From positions 1,115 through 65,114 of the forward strand of contig JAGVKT010000036.1 in the NCBI GenBank assembly GCA_020050355.1: a stretch of DNA of 64,000 nucleotides, given 5' to 3'. Shown piece by piece: positions 56,995 to 64,000 of this stretch. Source of the stretch: Gammaproteobacteria bacterium. GTDB taxonomy: Bacteria > Pseudomonadota > Gammaproteobacteria > Francisellales > CACEW01. Below the pieces are notes generated by a model. It was not told the DNA's origin. It worked only from the letters and a program-made list of their open reading frames with translations, and ran no database searches. Made by a program: the position numbers and the translations under genes. How positions within the stretch are numbered: position 1 is the first letter of the stretch; every line of letters begins with the position of its first letter.

Positions 56995-57368
56995 ACATTA
57001 ACGTTAAATTGCGTAGTTTCTGCAGTAGGTGCAACGCTGGTAACAACTTGGCTCATATTGGGAAGCAATTGTACTGGCACCCAGGGTGTAGGATTGCCTT
57101 GATTAAAGCCATCGACTCCAAGCCATTGAAATTGATATTTAAGATCCTGAACCGTAGCCGTTTTATTAAAAAATGCAACCTTCGCGTATAATAAATCTCC
57201 AGCAAGCTTTGAAGCTGAAGGCGTAATACGCACACTGCCAAGCAAGCCAGAGCCCAAGTTAGTATTATTAGTATTAGCTGGGTTTGAAGGAATGCTCACA
57301 CAAGTTGAGGTCGCACAACCTGTGATTAATAAACTAGTCATACAAATGGCTAAGGTTTTAATTTTCAT
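56982..57368 (-). CDS. ycfL: YcfL-like lipoprotein (DUF1425)
   Basis: Lipobox LITGCA; LKYQFQWLGVDGF pattern; sits upstream of lpoB as in E. coli. Confidence 0.6.
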   Translation of the reverse strand: MKIKTLAICMTSLLITGCATSTCVSIPSNPANTNNTNLGSGLLGSVRITPSASKLAGDLLYAKVAFFNKTATVQDLKYQFQWLGVDGFNQGNPTPWVPVQLLPNMSQVVTSVAPTAETTQFNVNVCYK

Positions 57369-57495
57369 ATATATCCCAAATAGTAATTTTTACTGAGAGC
57401 TCATTTTACGTGTTTTTAAGAAGCGACGCAAACCTTAAAGCTGCAAAATTAATCAAAATAAGTTACAATAAAAAATTAAAACATCTTGATCATGT

Positions 57496-57840
57496 ATGTA
57501 TTTATTAAAAATAACAATCATCAGCTTAATCCTAAACCTGACATTTGTTGTCGCTAACGCCAATGTTGTAGCTAATGTTGCGGCGTCAATGGCAACTCAG
57601 GTGGTAAATACAGGCGCTGCTGTATACATTAAAAAAAATGGCATGCAGCCTGAGTATGTGACTACGCCTTATGCAACTTATGTAATACCTACTATACCAA
57701 GCACAACACCAGCTAAGGTCGCAACTGCCACGCCCGTAGCACCAGCGCCGGTAGTCAATAAACCTCAAGTCATCAATGGTAATGTTGTACAATCTTTTCC
57801 GCAGTTAGCACCAGCAGCAACCACGACAACAATTCAATAG
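57496..57840 (+). CDS. Secreted Ala/Thr/Pro/Val-rich protein (114 aa)
   Basis: Signal-peptide-like N-terminus ending VVANA; low-complexity mature part. Confidence 0.45.
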   Translation: MYLLKITIISLILNLTFVVANANVVANVAASMATQVVNTGAAVYIKKNGMQPEYVTTPYATYVIPTIPSTTPAKVATATPVAPAPVVNKPQVINGNVVQSFPQLAPAATTTTIQ

Positions 57841-60206
57841 CCTTTATTTTTAATAAGCATTTCAAGCAGTGTTCGTGGGTAAAGCACAGGATTTTCTGCT
57901 AATCCCTGATGGTATAAAACTGTCGAAGGCGTAAGTCCCGGTAAAGAATTAATTTCAATGATCCTGATATCACCCGTTTTTAACTCTACAAAAATATCAA
58001 TACGGCAATAACCTTTAACGCCAAGGGTCATAGCAACTTTTTGTATGAGTTCTTTAAGACGCTTTAATAATTTTTTAGATAGCAATTGTTCTGGAGGTGG
58101 GGTGATGTTAACGCCTGTGCCACCCTGAAATTTTTCTTCAACAGATAATACTTGGCCTTCAGCAATGGTGATACTGGGGTTTAAAACTTGTAATTTATCA
58201 TTAATCTCAATAACACCAACAGTCATTTCAATCCAGCCACTAACTGAAGTATATTTAAAGCGATTGGCCTTAACGCGTAATTTATCAGTGGCAATAAATT
58301 CTTCAAAAACTAAATTTTCAGGTAATTGTAAGGGCATTTCTACAATAGATTCTTGATATTTAAAAGTTCCTAAAGGTATAAAAGCAATGGCACTTTTTAA
58401 AGCTTGGCAATAGCGCATGAGGTCCTCGCTATTGAAAAGATGCACCACGCCTGAAGAGCAGCCATCTGCGCGTGGCTTAACCACCAGAGAGCGTGTTTGT
58501 AATTCAGTACATAAGTCATGCCAAAATTTTTTTAATTCTTGATCATTTAAAATTAATAAGTTTGAGGTGGAAACGCTCTGACCTGGAATGGGGATTATTC
58601 CGGGAATCTTTTGTGCAGCAATAAATTCTCGCGTTGCTTGTTTATCCATGCACAGGCGACAGGTTACTTCTTCAGGACCATTAAAAGGAATACCTAGTTG
58701 CGTGAGTTGATGTTGTAAACTACCATTTTCACCAATACCACCATGCAGGGCAATAAATACAAATTTATCTTTACTTTGGGCGATAAAATCAGGTAAGGAA
58801 ATTTTTTGAGGCTCAAAAAAATCTTTAATATTTTTTTTGTGTTCCAGCCCCAAGCGCAATTGTACCTTCGCCTCTAAAAATGCCAGGCGTGCAGCATCTT
58901 GTTGTGCATGTTCACAGTTAGCGATGATTTCTTCTACTGTATGTTTAAAAGCAAGCTGGTAAGGTACATGCCAAACATGATGGCCATCCATATCCAATAA
59001 ATAAGGTTGTGGATCATAAATTTGTGAGTTACGTAATTTAAGCCAAACATTGGTACCGCTCATTAAAGATACTTGGCGTTCAGAAGTATTGCCGCCAAAG
59101 AGCACGTGTACCGGCTTACGTTGGTGTTTATGAGTCTTTGAAGAAGGTAAACTTTTGCCATAACGCGCCAACGCATGCTCCAATACTAAGCGCAAAACAT
59201 CTTTGTGACTCAGGCCGACACGACTTGCTTGTTGAAAGAAAAAGCTATTTTGCTCCATTCCAGTAATTGGATTAAAATCACAAAACCAAATTTGACCATC
59301 AGGCAAGACCCAGCCATCAAAGCGGCCAAAATCACGCATGCCAAAAAGTGAAAATAATTGCTCAGCCATAATTTGAATGCGCTCAATAGTCTCATTATTA
59401 AAGCGCGGAGGGCAGTGATAAGTAACTTGGCGTGTGGGTAAGTATTTTTTGCGATAATCTAAAATTTGATGATCGGTATAATCTGTTTCAATTTCTGTAG
59501 GTAAAATTGCTACCGGTAAACCAAAACGATTTTGTATAATAATTACAGTAAATTCAGTACCCGTTGCAAAGGGCTCAATGACTACCCGAGTATCCATCCG
59601 TTTAGAAAATAATAACTGCGCTTTTTCTAAAGCCTCATCCGGGGTATTAACCGAGAACACTCCAATGCTGGAGCCACTGGTAGCAGGTTTAACAATAGCG
59701 CGTTTGAGCTGATGCATTTTAAAAAATTCATGAACGATCTTCCCGTGATCACGATGATAAATTTTTAGCACTGCTGAGGGGTAAGTAAAAAAGCCATTTT
59801 TTTTAATAAAACAATTAGCATGGTATTTATCAAAAGCCTGTTTGCATGCGGCACTACCAGAACCTACAAATGGGATTTTGTGTTTTTCTAAAAACGTTTG
59901 CAAAGTTCCATCTTCACCAAAAGCACCATGAATGGTAGGAAAGCAAATATCGACTTCTTTAAGGAGTTTGATGAGTTGTTTTTGCGAGAGCGGCTTGGCA
60001 GTTTCAGCTAATTTAAAGTCGAAATCCGAAGGTGTATTAGAATATAACTGTGCGCAAGAAATTTTATAGCTTCTTTTTTTATGATCAAAATAAATAGGAA
60101 TAATTTCAGTATCTGCACCCAAATGATCTAAAACCGAACGTGCAGAATTCAAAGAAATGCCTCTTTCTAAGCTAGGTCCACCACATAAAAGCGCTAATTT
60201 TACCAT
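57834..60206 (-). CDS. Fused tandem D-alanine--D-alanine ligase-like protein (two complete ATP-grasp modules)
   Basis: Module 1: GGPSLERGISL, HGAFGEDGTLQ, KPATSGSSIG. Module 2: GGNTSERQVSL, HGGIGENGSLQ, KPRADGCSSG, EINSLPGLT. The ATG at 60206 is preferred over the TTG at 60215. Confidence 0.8.
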   Translation of the reverse strand: MVKLALLCGGPSLERGISLNSARSVLDHLGADTEIIPIYFDHKKRSYKISCAQLYSNTPSDFDFKLAETAKPLSQKQLIKLLKEVDICFPTIHGAFGEDGTLQTFLEKHKIPFVGSGSAACKQAFDKYHANCFIKKNGFFTYPSAVLKIYHRDHGKIVHEFFKMHQLKRAIVKPATSGSSIGVFSVNTPDEALEKAQLLFSKRMDTRVVIEPFATGTEFTVIIIQNRFGLPVAILPTEIETDYTDHQILDYRKKYLPTRQVTYHCPPRFNNETIERIQIMAEQLFSLFGMRDFGRFDGWVLPDGQIWFCDFNPITGMEQNSFFFQQASRVGLSHKDVLRLVLEHALARYGKSLPSSKTHKHQRKPVHVLFGGNTSERQVSLMSGTNVWLKLRNSQIYDPQPYLLDMDGHHVWHVPYQLAFKHTVEEIIANCEHAQQDAARLAFLEAKVQLRLGLEHKKNIKDFFEPQKISLPDFIAQSKDKFVFIALHGGIGENGSLQHQLTQLGIPFNGPEEVTCRLCMDKQATREFIAAQKIPGIIPIPGQSVSTSNLLILNDQELKKFWHDLCTELQTRSLVVKPRADGCSSGVVHLFNSEDLMRYCQALKSAIAFIPLGTFKYQESIVEMPLQLPENLVFEEFIATDKLRVKANRFKYTSVSGWIEMTVGVIEINDKLQVLNPSITIAEGQVLSVEEKFQGGTGVNITPPPEQLLSKKLLKRLKELIQKVAMTLGVKGYCRIDIFVELKTGDIRIIEINSLPGLTPSTVLYHQGLAENPVLYPRTLLEMLIKNKGY

Positions 60207-60328
60207 TTTTTGCAAATTATTAGTAAACTATATAGGGCTTAATATTAAAGCTATACATAAAAACTGTCAAACAAAAATAGTATAAATATTTAAAAATTTT
60301 GCAGTTTTTTTATGGCTTATTTTAAAAC

Positions 60329-60737
60329 GTCACCATCCTCCGAAGTTATCCTTGTACCTCGCCTTCAGCGATCACAGCAATGACCTCGAGGGGATTTGCA
60401 TCTTGAAGTGCATTTGGTATATTTGGTATATATGTGAATCAAAAGTCGGAATTATAAAAAAATAACGTAAAAATTTCACTGTTTGCCCCAAAATCGAAAG
60501 CTATGCTGTAGGGGCGTAGCTTGCTACGCCCGGCACGGCAAAGGCATTAACATGAAGCAGCAAGGCCTGTTTAATAAAAAAATCACCATTACTTATGAGC
60601 TTTAAAGTCCTGCAGTTATCGGGCGTAGCAAGCTACGCCCCTACAGCATGGCCTGTATACTACAGGAGCAAACAGTGAAATTTTTACGTTATTTTTTCTA
60701 TACCTTCGCCTTTTGAAGTGGAATGGGTATAGACTAG
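60329..60737 (+). repeat. MITE-like nested-palindromic element, composite full copy (D)
   Basis: Positions 60398-60737 align to copy A, with both GGGCGTAGC-NN-GCTACGCCC hairpins perfect. Positions 60329-60395 resemble half of the copy-C hairpin (CGTCACCATCCTCCGAA...CAGCGATCA). Confidence 0.7.
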
Positions 60738-60798
60738 CCTGATAATACCGAAAAGTGTTATGATATTGCAGTTAAAAAAATAGCTTTTAAGGACAAGC

Positions 60799-62217
60799 AT
60801 GAGCGATATTAAAACCGAAGTAGCTGTACTAGGTAGTGGCCCTGGCGGATATACAGCAGCTTTTCGTGCCGCAGATTTGGGTAAAAAAGTAGTATTGATC
60901 GAGCGCTTTGAAAAAATTGGGGGAGTATGTTTGAACGTCGGCTGTATTCCTTCAAAGGCTTTATTGCACGTGGCGAAAGTCATCGAAGATGCAAAAGATA
61001 TGAATGAGCACGGAATAGCTTTTGGCAAGCCTAAAATAGATCTTGATAAAATTCGAGGTTATAAAGAAGGCATCATTAATAGACTGACGGGTGGTTTATC
61101 AATGTTAGCCAAGCAGCGTAAAGTAGAGATTATCACTGGCAAGGGCACCTTTACCGGATCTAATACTTTAGTCGTTGAACACCAAGATGGCCAGAAGACT
61201 CAGGTTCAATTTGAACAGTGTATTATTGCGGCAGGATCACGTCCGGTCAAATTACCATTTATTCCTGAGGATTCTCGTATTTTTGATTCAACAGGTGCAT
61301 TAGAATTAAAAAATGTTCCTGAGCGTATGTTAATCCTAGGGGGCGGGATTATTGGCCTAGAAATGGCTACCGTTTATCATCAGCTCGGAAGCAAAATTTC
61401 TGTAGTTGAATTTATGCCACAACTCATGGGCGCGATCGATAAAGATATCGCAAAAGTTTATGAAAAGTGGGTCGCTAAGCGCTACGAAAAAATTATGTTA
61501 GAAACTAAAGTCACCAAAGTAGAAGCCAAAAAAGAAGGTATCTACGTAAGTTTTGAAGGCAAGAATGCACCAGCACAGCCCGAATGCTATGATGCGGTAT
61601 TAGTAGCAGTAGGTCGCGTTCCAAATGGTAAAGAAATTGCCGCGGATAAGGCTGGAGTTAAAGTAGATGAGAAAGGCTTTATTGCTGTAGATAAACAATT
61701 ACGTACCAATGTCGCACATATTTATGCAATCGGTGATATTGTTGGGCAGCCCATGCTGGCTCATAAAGCTGTACCTGAAGGCCGTACCGCTGCAGAAGTT
61801 ATAGCCGGACAAAAACATTTTTTTGAACCTAAATGCATTCCAGGGGTTGCTTATACTGATCCCGAAGTAGCTTGGGCAGGTCTGACCGAAGCTCAGGCAA
61901 AAGAGCAAGGTTTAAATTATGGCAAAGGGGTTTTTCCTTGGGCTGCCAGCGGTCGTTCTTTGTCCATGGGGCGAGATGAGGGGATGACTAAAGTTATTTA
62001 TGATGAAGACAGTCATCGTATTTTAGGTGCCAGTATTATTGGTCCTAATGCCGGAGAATTAATTTCTGAAGTATGTTTAGCAATTGAAATGGGTTGCGAA
62101 GCAGAAGATATTTCTTTAACAATTCATCCGCATCCTACTTTGTCAGAATCAATTGCGTTAGCAACTGAAATGTACGAAGGAACGATCACTGACTTAATAG
62201 CGCCAAAAAAGAAATAG
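60799..62217 (+). CDS. lpdA: Dihydrolipoyl dehydrogenase
   Basis: GSGPGGY, redox disulfide CLNVGCIPSKALL, C-terminal HPHPTLSE. Confidence 0.93.
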   Translation: MSDIKTEVAVLGSGPGGYTAAFRAADLGKKVVLIERFEKIGGVCLNVGCIPSKALLHVAKVIEDAKDMNEHGIAFGKPKIDLDKIRGYKEGIINRLTGGLSMLAKQRKVEIITGKGTFTGSNTLVVEHQDGQKTQVQFEQCIIAAGSRPVKLPFIPEDSRIFDSTGALELKNVPERMLILGGGIIGLEMATVYHQLGSKISVVEFMPQLMGAIDKDIAKVYEKWVAKRYEKIMLETKVTKVEAKKEGIYVSFEGKNAPAQPECYDAVLVAVGRVPNGKEIAADKAGVKVDEKGFIAVDKQLRTNVAHIYAIGDIVGQPMLAHKAVPEGRTAAEVIAGQKHFFEPKCIPGVAYTDPEVAWAGLTEAQAKEQGLNYGKGVFPWAASGRSLSMGRDEGMTKVIYDEDSHRILGASIIGPNAGELISEVCLAIEMGCEAEDISLTIHPHPTLSESIALATEMYEGTITDLIAPKKK

Positions 62218-62233
62218 TGCGAATAGGCAAATA

Positions 62234-63055
62234 ATGTCATCACATCCACTATTTGCTTTATTAAAATCACAACGTTTACCTCATGGTATTATTTGGATTG
62301 ATTCTGACGTTGTGGCGCTTGCAGGCTTTATTAAAACACTTTTATGCCAAGCAAGATCAGCTCAAGAATTCCATGCCTGCGGGCATTGTAAAGCTTGTTT
62401 GTTAACTCAAAGCGAAGCTGGTCATCCTGATGTGAATTGGCTCAAGCCTGAAGGAAAATTGCACTTGATTAAAATTGATCAAGTTCGTGAAGTCATCGAA
62501 TTTCTTTCAAAAAGTGCACAACAAGGTGGTTATAAAGTTATAGTATTTGAAAATGCTGAAGGCTTGAATATTGCTGCACAAAATGCCTTGTTAAAGTCTT
62601 TAGAAGAACCGAGTGCTAATTCCTTGTTAGTGTTGCAAACGACTTACCCACATCTGTTATTACCCACTATTAAAAGTCGTTGCCAAATCTTTATTAACAA
62701 ACAAGAAAAAACATGCAATGTACCTCAAATAGTGCACGAATTTATTGATGCTTTAAGTTTAGATTTTAATCCTATAGCAGTAACAACAAAGTTTAAAGAA
62801 GCTTCTCTAGAAATTTTATTTAATGGCTGGTATGAATTTTTATATGAGATTTTAAAATTTCAGCAAGGCCTGACAATAAGCAATGCCTGGCATTCATGGC
62901 GCATAAGCATTGAAAGCGCTGCTCATGCATCACCACAAAAATTATGCCGATTTATGGATGAGCTTATTTATTTAAAATCGTTGCTCCATAAAAAAATCGC
63001 TTTAAATTCACAGGCATTATTAGAGCGTGCATTAATTGAGTGGAAAAATCTTTAA
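62234..63055 (+). CDS. holB: DNA polymerase III delta-prime subunit
   Basis: Zn module CGHCKACLL..GHPD, AQNALLKSLEEP, TIKSRCQ. Confidence 0.82.
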   Translation: MSSHPLFALLKSQRLPHGIIWIDSDVVALAGFIKTLLCQARSAQEFHACGHCKACLLTQSEAGHPDVNWLKPEGKLHLIKIDQVREVIEFLSKSAQQGGYKVIVFENAEGLNIAAQNALLKSLEEPSANSLLVLQTTYPHLLLPTIKSRCQIFINKQEKTCNVPQIVHEFIDALSLDFNPIAVTTKFKEASLEILFNGWYEFLYEILKFQQGLTISNAWHSWRISIESAAHASPQKLCRFMDELIYLKSLLHKKIALNSQALLERALIEWKNL

Positions 63056-63789
63056 TTTGAAGAAATATATTTTTCTCTACGAATATTACTAGTCGCAAAG
63101 CCATAAGTTTCGGTGAGCTCTTTAAAAGCCTGGTCAATCATATTGGGATTGCCGCAGAGGTAAATAATATCCTCTTGTGGATTAAGCTTAAGACGTATGA
63201 AAGAAGTCTGTACATAGCCCTGATGTTCAAAGGCTTGTAGTGGCATCCCCATCTCACGACTATATTGTGCATGAAAGCTAAAATTTGGATGCGCAGCTGC
63301 AAATTCAATAAAATCTTTCCCATATAATAAATCTTCTCGGCGTTGTACGCCTAAAATTAATGCAACTTGAAGCTTATGCGCTTGCATACGTTGCGCGAGG
63401 ATAGGAAGCATAGCGCGATAAGGTGCGATTCCTGTACCCGTTCCGGCAAGAATATAACGCTTAACAGACTCTTCTTGTAAAACAAGTCGACCTGCAGGCC
63501 CCATGGCTTTTAAGGTATCGCCGATTTTTAAATTAAACAAAATTTCGGTAGCGAAACCATTTTTAACAAAAGAAATAGCAATTGCAATTTTTTCTTCATG
63601 AGGAAAACTCGCAATGCTATAGCTGCGTCGCTTTAGCTGACCTTTTTGATCATTTAATAACAAGGTGATAAATTGACCAGGAATAAAATTTAATTTTTTT
63701 GCATCAGTGCGAATAAATTCTAAATGCAAAGTATTAGGTGTAGGTTTAAATACCTGCTGTAAACGCAGCTCAAATTGTTCTAAAGCCAT
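63052..63789 (-). CDS. fpr: Ferredoxin--NADP(+) reductase
   Basis: RSYSIAS, GTGIAP, LCGNPNMI. Confidence 0.85.
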   Translation of the reverse strand: MALEQFELRLQQVFKPTPNTLHLEFIRTDAKKLNFIPGQFITLLLNDQKGQLKRRSYSIASFPHEEKIAIAISFVKNGFATEILFNLKIGDTLKAMGPAGRLVLQEESVKRYILAGTGTGIAPYRAMLPILAQRMQAHKLQVALILGVQRREDLLYGKDFIEFAAAHPNFSFHAQYSREMGMPLQAFEHQGYVQTSFIRLKLNPQEDIIYLCGNPNMIDQAFKELTETYGFATSNIRREKYISSN

Positions 63790-63824
63790 GATATAATTTC
63801 TCGATTCAACAAAACACAGCCATT

Positions 63825-64000
63825 ATGCAAGAGAATAATCTTGAGCTCAAGCAAAAATTACACCAGGGCTTAAGCATGATGGGCTTGATGCATGAGGCAC
63901 AGCTAGAGCTTTTATGGCAATATCTTTTGCTTTTAGAAAAATGGAATCATACTTTTAATCTGACTGCAGTACGTGATTTAGATGCTATGTTAACGCAGCA
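63825..64000 (+). CDS. rsmG: 16S rRNA m7G527 methyltransferase RsmG, N-terminal part (runs off right edge)
   Basis: LLLLEKWNHTFNLTAVRD motif. Confidence 0.7.
   Translation, partial: MQENNLELKQKLHQGLSMMGLMHEAQLELLWQYLLLLEKWNHTFNLTAVRDLDAMLTQ

Overview
This is an AT-rich gammaproteobacterial chromosome segment. The assignment rests on gene content and synteny (holD-rimI, ycfL-lpoB, dapD-dapE, prfA, ftsK). The lineage looks Legionellales-like, but I cannot verify that. Positions 1-29433 are the right-hand part of an integrated temperate phage. It has a leftward early operon (AAA+ ATPase, AlpA/Xis-like HTH, SSB-like protein) driven from an operator-flanked PL-like promoter. A cI(S24)-type repressor operon carries three cargo genes I cannot assign to any family. 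The rightward operon holds Cro-like and O-like genes, an iteron origin, a VRR-NUC nuclease and a GroES-like co-chaperonin. Then come terS-terL-portal-scaffold-capsid, probable short-tail/ejection proteins, tail-collar fibre genes, a holin-like gene and a P4-type tyrosine integrase. The phage ends at a 47-nt tRNA-Thr(UGU) 3' fragment (attR); its left end lies outside the window. Positions 29434-64000 are mostly housekeeping genes: rpiA, rimI, pssA, ubiG, dapE, dapD, fis, rlmI, prfA, aroK, hemE, ftsK, glmM, rdgC, yggS, ubiB, lpoB, lpdA, holB, fpr and the start of rsmG. This part also has one tRNA-Arg(CCG), a frameshifted nagA, a fused double D-Ala-D-Ala-ligase-like gene, and at least four copies of a nested-palindromic MITE-like intergenic element. 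The best candidate for an undescribed system is the repressor-linked cassette at 3296-4358: two novel paralogs plus a small secreted protein, sitting where lambda carries rexAB. I saw no CRISPR array, rRNA, transposase or diversity-generating retroelement. All calls were made by eye from the ORF track and the raw sequence, with no searches run. Hand-derived motif coordinates may be off by 1-2 nt.
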